A stretch of DNA of 58,591 bases, counting the filler, from Sphacelaria rigidula (taxonomy: Eukaryota): assembly GCA_964200075.2 (NCBI GenBank). It is 7 parts of 7 records of this genome, joined end to end, with 100 filler letters (N's around TTAATTAATTAA, not from the genome) between each part and the next. Parts side by side here need not be neighbours in the genome. Positions count along the whole stretch, not along the records: positions 1 to 8,286 come from CAXNAA020011652.1; positions 8,387 to 16,671 come from CAXNAA020011653.1; 5 more parts are not named here. One strand, 5' to 3'. Position numbers and translations under genes: made by a program. The notes under the pieces are model-generated. The model did no database searches. It was given only the letters and a program-made list of their open reading frames with translations, and had not been told where the DNA came from. This document shows, in pieces, positions 1 through 13,500 of this stretch (positions within the stretch are counted from its first letter, which is position 1; the number at the start of each line of letters is the position of its first letter).

Positions 1-1917
1 TTCTTTGGAATAGTCATCGAGTTTTCGAGCGCCTCTTGTTTAGTATCTGAGAGAGACTTCACACTGTTGCGCCGGCGGAGACCGCCGTCAGCGAAACGAT
101 TCAATGCGGGGATAAAGGCCTGCGATCTTTGAAACGCAGCATCACTCAGCAGCAGTCTGCTGAGATGTACCATCATCACCACCATACAGCATAATTACAG
201 TGCAGTCGATATGATGGATGCCCCAAAATAAAGCTGCAGACACACAAGACGGGGAAAAGGGTTAGTCCTACGCTTGGGGTTGTGTCGCCAATAGTGCCCA
301 TGCAAGGCGCTTCACCCAGGCTGAACCAGCTACCACGCCTTGTATGACTACCTCCGCCGTGGCTGTATTGAGAACGGGTTGCGTGGTGAGGCTGTCGAAC
401 GCTACTACTGTAGTGCAACGCGCTGGCGACATCCAAGCCGTTTCTTTGAATTTAGAACCCGCATCAGCTGTGGTTTGGATATCCCTCCTGTCGGTCCCAC
501 CCGGGGTCTAATCCAGTGGTGGAAAGCGATGGCGCCCACCTCCTCAGATAGAATTTGTGTATGTGTGCGTGTGAGTTGTGTTGTGGTTGTGCGTGCCGTG
601 GTGTGCTCTATATGCCTGCTCTGTTCTGCGCGGGTGCCTTCAAAAATGCTGTGCCGGCTCTGTTGTGCACGGGGTGGATTCAAAAATGGTGTTGGTCGAA
701 CCGGCGGGTCTGAGTAAATGCAGTGTGGGATCGGTTCTGCTCTGCTGGCTGGTTCTGTTATTTGTCCAGCGCCGCAAGGGGATTTTACAGACTGCAATAC
801 GATTTACACCCCCACCCCTTCCCCTCCCCCCCCCAGAGGCGGTCGAGAATAAGAAAAATCGAAAACATGGTGTCCAAAATCCTGTTTTTCCCTGTTTCGT
901 CGCAAGAACACGGAGTTGAACGGCACCTTCACCATCACGATGCTGGCCTGTACCCGAGCATCTCAAAACCGAGGAGTTTGGGCATATCAGTTGTTCTAGC
1001 GGCCGCAAGGAAGAAAACTTGGCCGTTGGATGATGACGTTTCAGTCAAGGTGACCGCTGGAAATGGCTTTGGAATGGGTGTTATGGTATTGAGGCCGTAA
1101 TGCTGGAGAGGGCCGCGTACTCAAGACGTGAACCAGAGGGCGCTCTGTTTGTCGATCAGGAAAAGTGTACCACGAGTCGTGCGTGTTGCTGAGTGACACC
1201 AGAGGTACTGCTACTGTGACTTGACTGTATAATGCCATCCGGCATAAAAATGTTCTGACAGTACTCCCATGATATCAACCAATTGTAGATTATTCCAGGA
1301 TGATCACCTGGTGCCTGCGTATGCGGTGCCCGCGTCCGGGCAGCTGTGTCGAGGGGCAATCTCTAAAGGTCGACATTGTTGTTGTTGTTGTCGTTGTTGT
1401 TGCCTTCACATTAAAAAGCCGTTCCGATCTGCGCGGTACATTCGTACTGGGCATCTGATGCGGACGCCTTCCGTGGCCACAGGCTAGCTATCTATAATTA
1501 GGAATGAAGAAATCAAACAAAACCAAAAAAGCAAAATTAACCTAGATTAAAACTCACAAAACGCGATACAAGCAAATCAGGAATAAAAATAATGGAGAAG
1601 AAAGAGAATACATATGGCTAACCTCAGAAAATCCGGTGCTGCAGGTGGTCATTCGGACTTCAGGGTGTGGCACCCGGCTTCCCATTTTGACGCGCGAGGC
1701 CAAGTAGATTTGAACATAGGGTCCGACTACGGGCGAGACTCAAGGCCTTAAATACCACCAACCAAAGAACTAGGAATCGCAAGGTTACATCTTCGACCTC
1801 TCGAGGAGCAGCCATACGTACAAGCATACCAGGCGTATCAAGACAAGCACTGCATGACATAACGACATCGCTCATCGGGGGGTTTCACCCCCCACCCTCC
1901 CCGTCCCTGGACCGTCG

Positions 1918-4370
1918 TCATTGCTGTGTTATGTGGGCTTCGTTGGTCTCCCGTCCAACCGCACGCAGTCGGCTGGCCTCCTCTTCATTTCTGTGCCATG
2001 AGGTCATGAACCTCTCCGCTCCCTGCAGCACTCCCGCGTGCCACGGCAACCCCCCCTCCTTACTCGCTGCTGAGGACCATTGGACGTGGTCAATTCCGAA
2101 TGTCTGGCGATTGTCATCCGTAAAGCCGCCTCTGGCTCCGAAGGCGTGGAGATCGTCCCTCACGCACTTCAGTCAGTTTTGTTCCGGGCACCCTGGTCCT
2201 GGATCCTCCCCCCCCCCGACTAGTGTTCCGAATGCTGCTCGCGTCGGTAGTCGTCTTGTCTAGCCCGGGCTCCCGCGAACAGCAGTCGTCGTTGACGGAT
2301 GATGGCTTCGGTACTTTGGCATCCGGTCTTCTCGCGGGCCTGTGCATACGACAGCTGTCGGTATGTGCCGCGCACTCGGCGGTACCCGATGACTCGCAGG
2401 AGGAGCCGGTAGTGTACCTTTCTCAGCAAGTCGCAGTGTTCGCGGCGCGAGGCCCACGGCATGCATCTGTTGAGTAGGGCCTTCATCGTCTCCGCTTTCA
2501 GCAGTCGGATCTTGAGTCTCCATGGTGCTTTCGATCGGTCAAAGAGCTCCCGGGAGAACTTCCTAATGCACGCCCACGCTGCTCTGCTCTAATTGTTGAT
2601 TTCTCGCTTGAGTCCGCCCTCTTCGTTGACAACCCCGCCCAAGTATCGGAAACTAGTTTTCTGGGCGTTTTTCTGGCTCGCTGCTTCGGTGATCAGCGGC
2701 GGGGGAGATGATGTTGGTGACTCTCCCTTCTTCGATGCTGGCCTCGGTACTTGCATCAAGAGAGTCTCCGTCTTCTTCTCCGATAGGGTCAGTCCAAAGC
2801 CCCCATACACATCCACTATAATGGCCATCATCCTCGCCAGTCCGTCGGGAGATCTCGAGATGACGCCGGCATCGTCGGCATACAACTTTCTCGACACCGC
2901 TCTCCGTACACGTTCCGGTGATGTCTCCGCCCCCCTTCCCGTCTCCTCGTCGGGATATACCATATCCTTGATGATAATATCGTCCTCGCTAAATCGCACG
3001 AGGACTATCTCGAGCACTGCCGCGAGGAAAATGTTGAACAGCAGGGGAGACAGTACGCATCCTTGTCGCAGTCCCTGTGTTACTTCGAGCCACTTCGAGA
3101 GCTCCCCGTCGTCCATGCGTACGCGGTCCTGCATACCGTCGTGGAATTGCGGGAAAACTGCTATCATCTCATCCGGATTACCAGCTCGGGCCAGTACCTG
3201 CCACAGAAGCTCTCGGTCGACCGAGCCATATGCCTTCTGGAGGTCGACGAAGCACATGTACAGCGGTATTCTCCGCCGCCGTCCCAGCTCCCGGAGTCGG
3301 CGCACTACGAACAGCATGTCGACAGTAAATTTGTCAGGTCGGAAGCCGCACTGTTCTTGCGGTAATATCCTGTGCGTGTCACAGTAGTCCCTGAGGCGGT
3401 TGGCCACTATCTACAGGAGCACTTTCCCTGCGTGCGATACCAGAGAGATCCCCCTGCAGTTCCTGCAGTTGGACCGGTACAATTTCTCGTACAGCACCTT
3501 GATCGTTACGTCTTTCCACTCTTGCGGGACCTCCCCTTCGTTCCATACCTCGACGAGAAAGGTGTGAAAGTGTTCGAGGACGATGGGTTCGGCGTGGCCG
3601 TCGATCTTGAGTAGCTCCACAGGGAGGAAGTCGTGTCCTGGCGCTTTTTAATCGTGCATCCCCCGGACTGCTCGTCTGGTTTCTTCCAGTGTTGGTGCTG
3701 CCCCAAGTGGTACTGAATCACCGGTGGTTGACGCTGCCGGTCGCTACTTTACCTCCTCGATGATGGCTGGATTCAGCGTGGGGGATTTGGCGTTGAGGAG
3801 TGTGCGGAAGACCCTCGCCCACCGTTTGAGGGTGTCGATTTTGTTCCTCAGAAGGACGCCGTTCTCGTCGTTGATGAACTGCTGCCCCCCGGATTACCTT
3901 CCACCAAGACCCACCGATCTCTCAAGGTGTTTGTGCAGGTGTTTCATTTCGCGATCCTTGTAGATCGCTGCTAGCCTTCCCACATACCTCTCCAGATGTG
4001 CATGGATGCTGTCGTCAATTGCTGTACGTACACGCGGCTCTGAGAGCTTCCCACGATGCTGGGATCCGGTGGTGCCTCATCAGTCGGCGTGCTTCCCGTC
4101 GTTTGGCGGACGCTGCCTCCACCGTTGCTCTCGTGCCGGGGTTCTCACACCGTCCAGGCATACGTGGTATCCGTGTCTCTTCCGGGAGTACTGTCTGCGC
4201 TGCTTCGAGAAATGCCTCGGTAAACTCCTTCGCGGCCGCCGGTGCGGTGGTGATTGGCTGGTGTTTTTGCTCGGCGAGGTTTTGTTGGAACCTTTCGGTC
4301 ACTTTTCCCCTCGCAATATCGGTCTGCAGCTGCTGTCGACTGAATTGCCGCTGATTCGACTTAGTTCGTA
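1918..4370 (-). mobile_element. 5'-truncated, degenerate RTE-clade non-LTR retrotransposon (LINE); reverse transcriptase pseudogene
   Basis: Collinear minus-strand ORF pieces carry LINE RT motifs: [63 protein letters not shown]-like C-terminus. Several in-frame stops and frameshifts; no AP endonuclease seen upstream of ~4370. Confidence 0.95.
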
Positions 4371-4495
4371 CATACTGCACAGCAACACAGGTAGAAGCGA
4401 CAAATGAAAACCTCGTGAAGATGGTGTCGCTGAAGAACGTAGCCAACAAGTCACACTTCTGTATTTTTTATCCGTACTGGCATAATGTGTTCCAA

Positions 4496-4720
4496 TAAAA
4501 TTCGACTTCACGGTCGACGAGGGAAAGGAAGTGCTGAACCCCTCTGTCGATAAAAAAAATAAGGCAAGCACAGCAGAAGGAAGGTGGAGAACTAAAACAA
4601 AAACAAACAAAAACATCCGGTGTTGGCCTTTCTCCCGTGTGACCCCGGCTGGTGCGCCCACACATACCGAAAGGTGTAGACTGGCGTCTAGAACAGATCG
4701 GACAACACAAACACACACAA
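4496..4720 (+). mobile_element. tRNA-derived SINE family A, body and (CA)n tail
   Basis: AAATTCGACTTCACGGTCGACGAGGGAAA...GTGTGACCCCGGCTGGTGCGCCCACA...(CA)n recurs at 16772-16912, 29460-29668 and, inverted, at 34176-34430. Confidence 0.85.
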
Positions 4721-5090
4721 CAGAATGTCCGATTCTGTGTTCGAGAAGAATCGAGCTCTTGTGCAGAAGCACGGATAGGAATTTTCCAGGTCTGGATTGC
4801 GGTTGGAGTAACTCGAAGTCATTTCGGAACATATGTGATGTGATCAAGTGCGTGAGTAAGTTCAGAGCCTCAGTGTGTAGGAAGCAGCCAAGATACAAGG
4901 GCAAGTGCAAGCACGGCTAAGCGGCAGTGGTGGGATGTGAGTAAGCCCGAGGTATGCGAGTTACGGGATACGGGCGTCGCGACTATCAGCGAGTTACAAC
5001 ATCTCGGATCGCTGCCGTACCTCGCGCGTCCCGAGTGTTTTTGAAGTGTTTCTGAAGTTTTTGTTTGCAGTTCTCACTACTCTCACCAAC

Positions 5091-7074
5091 ATGCCGTCGT
5101 CAAGAGGAGCGTCGTCAAGAGGAGCGTCGTCAGGAGGAGCGTCGGCGGGGGCGGGGGGCAATGGTAAACAGAGGGCCGCTGCGCCCGCCTCCGCGCCTGC
5201 ACCCCAGACGAGGTCGTCTTCAACCAGGTCTGCGGCTGCGGCACACAGCGAATACACGCGCATTGATGACCCTGCGTCGGGGTGGCTCGCCCTCAACGAT
5301 GGAATGGCGGTAGGATTGCCGCGGGCTACAATCCAACAAATCGATACGTTGCACAACCAGGTGGGCGACATCACCGAAAATATGGGCCGCATTAGCGACC
5401 GCGTGGACACCATCGCCGACAACCTTGAGGGCACCAAGACGAGCGTGGAGGGTTTGGGGTCCAAGATGACCTCGGTTACAGACGAGGTTCGTCAGTTGAG
5501 GGAGGTGGTCCGACAGTTAGTTTCATCAGGGGCCAGACCCGTAGCAGCCGTCAGCCGCCCCGATGATGGTAACTTTTCCCACGCGGCAGTCAGGGGTCCT
5601 GGCACAGAGGCGGCTAGGCCGCTCACTAGCGTCGCTGGTGATGTGTCCCTGTGGTCACCGGCCCGTCCAGCGGTGGTATGGCCAGATACGCCAGGGGTAC
5701 GCGCTGAGCCGCGCGAGAAAATTTGCAGAGGCTGGCTGGGGATCAAGCACCTTCCACATCGGTTCAACGGTAGCACAACCCGCCCCCCCCCCGCTGCTCG
5801 TTGGGACAACACCGACCTGCAGACTGCAAACCTTGCCGGTTCGTGACCCGTGGGTGGAGGTGGGTCGTGGACCAACGTGCAGCCGTGAGGTGGACAGCAG
5901 CCAGCGGCAAACCAGGCTGCAGCTTGGGCGGAAGAGGAGCAGCGACGAACGTACGAGGTGCGGGATCGTGTGCAGCTTTGGCAGGACGCCGCGTCGCGTA
6001 AGTGGTCTCCTCACCGGCAAACTGCCGGCACATTCATTCAGTCCACATGAGTTGCAGGGTGTCCTGGGTGCTATGATACATGTCTCTTCGAAGGTGGCGA
6101 GCTTCTTCCGCACTCTCTCTTTACTTGACGTCGCAGCAATCATGCCGCGCGGTGCTGCAGGTTCTAGTTCGAGCGACAAGATGTCCCTGCCGGACCGTTT
6201 GGGTCTGATGGGTGAAGCCTTCGGGCACTTACCGGGTGCCGGTCTGGGAGCGCCGTCCGGGGCAGAGGACGGGATGTGTGCCGGCCGTGTGGAGGCTCTT
6301 ACGGAGGCCTTTGCGAAGATGATCTCCGATCTTCGGTCGTACACCAACGCCCACTTCAATATGATGCCGCAGCGTGCGGGTACTGATACCACGACAATCA
6401 TCATCAACTCTGACCTCCGCAAGTGGTCTGATGCCTTGGCACGGTGGTCGCAGCACTTGTTCGCGAGGAATCGTTCTCCGCCACCGTTGGCCGGCGTTCT
6501 CCCTTCTCCACCTGTTCCCGCCTTTCCTCAGCTACGCTCGTTCATCGAGACCGGGGGCAACGCTGTGCGAATGGTGAAAGCGGAGTACGTTGACGCGTCA
6601 GAAGGGAATGGAACAGGAAGCGCCACCGCTGGGGGTGGTGGGGGGAGTGGGTCGGGCTCTCGCAACCGGGGTGCAGGGAATTGGGGTACCGCAGCCGGGG
6701 ACGGTGGGTCATCGGCGGCAAAGCGAGTGCGGCGGAGTCAGCCGTGCTTCGTTCTACTGGACTACGGACACTGTCGGTGGGGGGACAGATGCAGGTTCAG
6801 TCACGACGTGCCACAATCGGGAGGGGATGGCAACTCCAGCGCCGCCACCGGTAGTGGCTGCAGTGGTGCCGGCCGGTCCGGTGGGACCCGCACCTTCGAC
6901 ACCGGGGTCCCGGTTCCCGGGACCAGCGGCAGCAGTCGGTCCGCAACCACGCAGGCATCGGGGCCGCGCGTTCGGATTGCCGAGGGGAGCAATGACGGCG
7001 GGGGAGCTTCTAGTGGGGACGGGGGTTCACGCGGTGGCAATGGTACGGCGGCGCGTGCAGGAAGGTCGGGCTAG
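5091..7074 (+). pseudogene. gag-like ORF1 of a DIRS/Ngaro-type retrotransposon (coiled coil, CCCH zinc finger), disrupted
   Basis: ATG at 5091; heptad region IDTLHNQVGDITENMGRISDRVDTIADNL; C-x8-C-x5-C-x3-H finger CFVLLDYGHCRWGDRCRFSH; stop and frameshift near 5846-6000; lies directly upstream of a DIRS-type RT. Confidence 0.75.
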
Positions 7075-7348
7075 GGGGACGGGCTTCGCCTTGAGGCGGG
7101 GCCAACCCAGGACAGGACCGTCGGGATGCGCACGTGCCGCTCTGGGACGGCAGCAAGGCGGATGCGAGAGCGATATGCTGGTGCCAGGTTCCATGGCGAA
7201 ATGTGATTCTGGTGTGTTGGATGTGTATGATGATGGTAATTTTCAATGCTGCAAGAAGAGGTGGAAAGGCTCGGTTAAGCAGTTACGTAAACTGACGGGG
7301 ACGCAGGTGGTATAGCATATTGCCCGCACTGCAGATATAGGCTCGGCC

Positions 7349-8286
7349 ATGCTGCACGCGTGTGACGGTAATGTTGAAGTTTTCGTGAACCGAGTAGGGC
7401 GAGAATCTTTCGGATCACAGGTAGATTTCAAGGTGTTCGTCGTTGGTTTGGTGACCTCAAGGGTTTCCCAGATATCACTTTGTGTAAATGTGTTAGAACG
7501 GGGTGTACCAGTTGATGTCCAACCCGGGGGTGATTTGGTTAATACGATTTACCATGGGAACCATAGTGGGGTGGATGAGCACCAGGATCGTATATATGAA
7601 CAGTTGCGCCTCGATGTTATCAACGGTCGCGCACTCTTATTTGACGTGAGACGGATCTTCGACATTAAATCATTTCGTGTGTCCCCGCTTGGGGTGGTGG
7701 TGCACCCCTAATTTCGTATCATTCATGATCTCACTTTTCCCCCCCGTCGAACGCCGCACACCAGTGTTAATGCGGACACAGAGCTTTCGCAGGTGCCGCC
7801 GTGTGACATCGGTGGAGAGTTGCGTGAAGTTCTGATGCAGGTTTCGTTGTTGCGACAGAAATTTGGCCCCGGCCCGCACTGTGCTGAGTAAACTTGATGT
7901 CAAGGAGGCATTTCGCCAGGTGTTGGTGAACCCAGCACGTGCTGCTTATTTCGGTTACGTGTTTGGTGATATGGCGATCCTTGATCTGCGTTTGGAATTC
8001 GGTAGGCGCAGCAGCCCCGACTTTTTGGGCTTGCTAGCGGCGGCCTTGGAACACCCGCACAACATCACATCTTTTTTCGCGCACGCGGTGACGGATATCG
8101 GTCGTCGTGATGCTCAGTCTATCAAGATGGCATCACGCCGACAGGAACGCATTACAACTCTGCCCCCGGACTGTAAGACCATTCTGGGAGTTGGTGGCGG
8201 GGTGGGCGACCCCTTCTTCATGTGCATCTACGTTCGCGACAGTTTATTGGTGGAAGTACAGTACTTTCCTCACGGCAGGCGATGTT
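7349..8286 (+). mobile_element. DIRS/Ngaro (tyrosine-recombinase) retrotransposon reverse transcriptase, degenerate and cut by the contig end
   Basis: YHGNHSG...VSPLGVV..*FRIIHDLTF...SVNAD, LSKLDVKEAFRQV, DLRLEFGRRSSP and a decayed YVDD (YVRD). This motif order is typical of DIRS/Ngaro RTs. Confidence 0.85.
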
Positions 8287-8386
8287 NNNNNNNNNNNNNN
8301 NNNNNNNNNNNNNNNNNNNNNNNNNNNNNNTTAATTAATTAANNNNNNNNNNNNNNNNNNNNNNNNNNNNNNNNNNNNNNNNNNNN
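8287..8386. other. artificial contig linker
   Basis: N44-TTAATTAATTAA-N44, which places stops in all six frames. Confidence 0.98.
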
Positions 8387-8460
8387 CAGACAAAATTTCG
8401 CGAAAAAAGTGCACCCCTACCGTAGCATTGCTCGTTAGGGTTAGATTTAGCGTTGGCGTT

Positions 8461-8650
8461 ATAATTCACCCGCCTATAGTGGTACACCGTTGAGTTTTCT
8501 TCTGTGGAGTTTTCTTCTATGACTCACCCGGACAGAATATGCACCGCTGAGTTATCCTCCATAACTCACCCGGCAAGAATGTGCATCGTTGAAGTATCTT
8601 CTATAACTCACCCGGCCAGAATATGCACCGCTGAGTAATCTTCCCTAACC
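8461..8650. repeat. ~41-bp degenerate tandem repeat, about 4 copies
   Basis: Unit approximately ATAACTCACCCGGNCAGAATATGCACCGCTGAGTTATCTTC. Confidence 0.8.
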
Positions 8651-10399
8651 ACGCATGAAGGGTGAGCTGCATCCCGCTAAGGTTGGTCGACCCGAAGCCT
8701 ACTGGTTATCTTGCATTTGGATGGCAGCCTACAATGACTTGCTTCATTTTCTGGTGTCGCCCCTTCAGAGACAGCCCCGCTCGGCTTACACTCTGCCTTA
8801 TGGGCGTCTCACAATTTCAACACTATATACGTAGTATGATGCGGAATCGAGGTTCTCCCACCCCGCACAATATGATCTAGCTCGACCACCATCATGGTTA
8901 CCACAAAAAAACGCAAGCGCGCAAAAAAATCGGTAACCTGGTTGCCTAGCTTACGCAGTGAACGGCGTGTTTTACAGTGTTACTGCAAACCGACGTAGGG
9001 GTGGGGTGGGTGGGGAAGGGGGGGTATTTTAGAACATTTCTTCCACGAAATTCCACTTTAAGTCGTCGTCGAAAGCAGCAACGGCTGTTCGAACGTGCTT
9101 GATACCGAGAAGTAACGCTCATTCGTGGTGCACCGTTTTTACCCGTATATACAAGCGCAGCGCGAGTGTGTTAGGTCGTCTGACATACCAATATACCCAT
9201 TAGCCCTTTCTTCCGTGGAATCACCCCCCCCCCGCCCCCCTATCGTAGCATGACTCTCCGATGAAAGTCCTGGTTAAAGCATAAGAGTATATGTAGGTAA
9301 TATCCGCGGTTGTTTTGGAACGTGGCGGGCGAATGCTGTTTTAATCGGACCTCATGCGCTGGCTGTTCCGCGGACTCTGCGCACGTGTAGAGTCTGGAAG
9401 TCTGTCCTCATGACATCGCACATCGCAGGTTGCCTACTTGTCGCATATCTGCTGATTCACCTCTACGCCTACAGGGATGACGACCATTGGCCTAAGTGTT
9501 GGCACTCTCATCACGCAACTACTGACATTCCCTTGTATAGCACCGTGCCTTTCAGCCACCACAATCTTCGACCAACAAGGCTTCGTCCGTTTCGAAATGC
9601 AGGATCTTACATCCCCCGCGAGCATCCGCATCAGACTCAGAATTTGATGAACCGATCAAAGTTGAGGACATGGCATCGACTGCGTCAAAAGGTAAGGGGA
9701 CGCCCTTTTCTTGGTTGTTCTCAACAGCGTACTTGTTTCGCACAGCTTTGATATGGTGTTGAGTGCGAATCGGGACGATAAGGCACGCTTACAACGCGCA
9801 CCTTCTCAGTTGATCCGTTCGAGCCTTACGATATAATAGGACGGACTCTTTTCGGTAGTATGACTTTTTCTGCGCGACGTCTAAAGATTCAGTGATGAGC
9901 CTCCTTTTAATTGCTCAGCGAAGAACGTTGCAAAACTCACATTGTTGAAATGCGTGAAAAGCACAGTAAACAATGATTTCGTGAGATTGAGAGTCCAGAA
10001 TACGATTGGTAATGAGAAGCGCTCAAATAATTATTGAAATATTTAATTCCCGAATACGTTTTCTGTAGTAGCTTGCCACTGAAGCCCTTGATACTCCTAA
10101 GTAGGGTATGGACGTGTAGCTGTAAGCACACGACAGTGTTACAGGCAAAGAAAAGAACACATAACATGGAAAATTGGCCAAGTTAGAGCGAATAATAAGA
10201 CTCACTCTCAATCAACGCTCAACTCCCGATTTCACGAAGCCATTGTTATAGCGATTTCCATCTGTATATCGAACTTCTTCCCGACCCGGCCTCCCGTCTC
10301 TTGCCAGTCTCAGCACACCGGGCGCAAGGATGATTTCATTCTCAAGTAGACATGTTTTTCTTGCGCAATAGTTCATCCTGTAAGTCTCTCGGGTACCGC

Positions 10400-13133
10400 A
10401 CGCTTACCGAAAACTTCACATCGGAGTGGCCGTCATGTAGCGAATGCGGTACTGGTGCAGGAAGCCGCCTACCGCAGCAATTGTGCAGGCAAACATGTTG
10501 ACGATTGAACCTAGTTATCGGCGTCAAATCTCGTTGACAGTCCTGACTGTGACCATTCGCCGTGGCGCTACGTCCTTCTCGCTCCAGGTGTTGTAACGAG
10601 CAGGACTATCCCGTCAAACAAGGCTGCGCCTCCCCCACTCCCCACGCCAGTTCTCGGGGGCAGGTCGAACAACACACGCAAGGAGCTTCCCCTCCGGGAG
10701 TATATGCCAAGCTCCTACATCTGCTTCCTCGAAGGGAGTCTTCTATCTAATGGAGACCTGAAGGCATGAAGTGAAGGGACACTGAGTACACAACTGGAGA
10801 AACTCGGGGGTGGGGGGTGGGGGCAAGGTGGTGTGATCTTGCGTTGTCATGCTGCACAGAGTCAGCTCGGTAGTCACGAATCGTACCTGCTGCCGCCCCA
10901 CCTCGGTGGTCTAACTTGTACAGCTGTAGCCTGATGAGCGGGAAGTTGAGGGTCCAAGTCCCGGCAGATACATGTGGGTGTGTCCTCAAGAGTACACGTT
11001 GTAGTTGGTTTCCCTCCTTGAAAACGTGAGGACGTGAGTAGCACAGTCCACCCCCCGAACCATCCCGAAATTGTCAAGAAGAAAATAACCATACAGCGCA
11101 TCATAGCTGGTTTCAGACTTCATAAAATCCCCCATACGGGCGACACTGGCGAAAACGATCCCGACCATGGGAGCTCCCAGCTGCTCGGTGTGCTTGGCTC
11201 TTGTCAATTTGATATCCGTTTTGATTTTGCCTCCTCAAATCAGCCATTATTCGTTGGGGAGGCTATCGCGGCATCCCTCCATAGTAAATCTATTTGACGA
11301 GAGTCGATGCGGTGAGGGGGTGCTGATCCAAATCTCGCGATCATATTGTAAGGTGTTTACCGGGAGAGAGGTGGATTGATCTTCGAGACACGGACTCATC
11401 CCAACGAAGCGAAACGGTCAAAAGTTTGGCGAAAACGACCGAAATATTCAGTAGCAAATACCACGATGGAAGAAAGCGCCACAATAGCTCGGGAGTAGCG
11501 TTGTTCGAACTAGCCTTGACGAAAGTTGTGTGCAATCCGACGGCAGCACTTGCGTCAAGGGCACACTGGGGCAGTTGGTATTGATCCATCGTCCTTATAT
11601 AGCGATCTGTTCTCTATTCTCCACGTCCGTTCTTTAGTGTTGTACTCGCAGTAACGTCTCGTCACCGCACCCCCCCATCAATGCGTTCCTACTGGAAGTC
11701 ACCGGTGAAAAAGTGTTGTATGGAATACCACCCGAGAAACGGCGGGTATCACCATCATCACCTCGTACGGTCTGTGAATGCCTCCAATCCACAGACGGGA
11801 CAGCGGATATAAGATGACGGAAGACAGGCACGCCCATGACTCGACAATTTTCTTGTTCTACCGAGTTGAGGGAGGTACACGCTGAACCAGCCAACAGTAC
11901 CGCCATTTTGAGTTTTATTTTTGGCCCATCTGTCAAGCAATAAAATCCATTTGGCATAAGGCGCAAACCCCCTGAACAACCGATTACATCAGCGGCCAGT
12001 TCGTTTTTCACAGGACGCGATGTGCGAATGGCTGTTTTCAGGGGGGGGGAAGGAGAGTTATACCGCCCGGCATTCATAACGCTCACACTACTCTCATCCC
12101 CTCACTCCCTTGTGAGCTTATTCACCAAATTCATAGATTTCTTTCTCCATGATACTGTTGTGTTGCACGTTGTAGGGGTAACATGACAATCGCCTTCGTG
12201 TCAGTGTCGATATCCTGTCATGTGCTGGGCCAGTCAATCACCAACGACATATAGGTCGAACCGTTAACCTCTCCGTGACAGGGATTGTGGCGGCTCCAGC
12301 GCGGAGATACGTTGGCGAATGAGTTTCTCATGGTGCTGATGGATCGGGGCGTCTACGAGGGCGGCTTCCACTGTACGATCAATCTACAACAGGCCGTCGA
12401 TGGCGGCTTCATCACTCAAGAGTGAGGTTTTATAAATGCTTCTGGTACTCTGCCTCATCGAACCCCACGGCTCTCACGAGTTCCTTATCCAACATGATCC
12501 CATTTTGATCGATTTTTGATCGATTGATTGTCACACTTCAACCATCAAATCATACTTTTTGACAACGTGCGAACATGATCGTAATAACACCATGCTGAAG
12601 GCGTCCCTCTCGACACGTGGCACTACTTCCGTTTTGACAGGATCCGCGACGACTGGTTTGGGGTCGATTGGTGCGCAACGACGGAGCACACATCGAATAT
12701 ATGGGGGCGGGGGGGAAATGTTAGCTTTGGCAAGTATTACTTGCTCGGCAGCCACGACGCCACTACGGGAGAAGCCATCCTCTACAAGGTCGGTCCCGTT
12801 GAACTGCATCAGCTTGAAGCCTACGCAAGTCATGAGGTCTCTTTCACCAAAGACTTCCCGCCTCAACCACTCGCTAAAATCAGCACGTGAGCTTAGGCTC
12901 CCAAGTCTACCCGCACGAAAGTAAAAGAGGCGAAATGATGAAACGTTCAGACACACTGGTGGGTCTGCTGAGGCTGTTTCGGGAAGGCTCAAGAGTCCTA
13001 CATCCGTTCGCTGCTGAGGTTTCACTCCGGCATTCACGGAATAAACGGATACCCTCAAGACAAACTTCGCTTCGGCATATGTTCTTTCCGCATATTCGGG
13101 GGTAGATATGGTGTGAAAATGTACGGTGTACTC
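10400..13133 (-). pseudogene. degraded, unidentified multi-exon coding region
   Basis: Chain of minus-strand ORF fragments (12531-13058, 11634-12086, 11341-11589, 10986-11207, 10747-10989), several in the same frame across single stops. Acceptor TTTTCAG near 13134 and a GT-AG intron at 10886-10758. No recognisable domain. Confidence 0.4.
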
Positions 13134-13441
13134 TGAAAAGGATGAAGAAAATATTCTGCGCCACCCTTGGCGAAGTAGGAAAGGGCCATTGGTAATCGGT
13201 TATTGCTGTAGGGACACCAATGCCCCACAATTTTGAGGATGCGTGGTCAATGACCCAATGACTGAGGCATGCACAACATTGAGTACCCCTCCCCAGCTTG
13301 CGGTCATGTTACGGATGCCTTCCACCAGATTGATTACGGCGCAACTCTCATTCCGACCCCCTTATTTTACTGCACCAGGTTGATGAAGCAGAGGTTAGGC
13401 GTGCCAAAGCGCACTGTGTCAGCCAGCGTCCACCGACGTGC

Positions 13442-13462
13442 TTGTCCACCACACCGTTACAA

Positions 13463-13500
<38 letters not shown>

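Noticed and set aside
1..1500. Several overlapping 60-130-aa ORFs
   Set aside because: No motifs and no coherent splice chain; treated as chance ORFs.
2593..3387. 264-aa plus-strand ORF (and 5655-6422 minus)
   Set aside because: Antisense shadows of GC-rich retroelement ORFs.
8331..8342. Recurrent TTAATTAATTAA motif
   Set aside because: Synthetic six-frame stop linker within N runs.
11740..11770. GDD tripeptide suggesting a viral RdRp
   Set aside because: No motif A or B at suitable spacing; likely chance.
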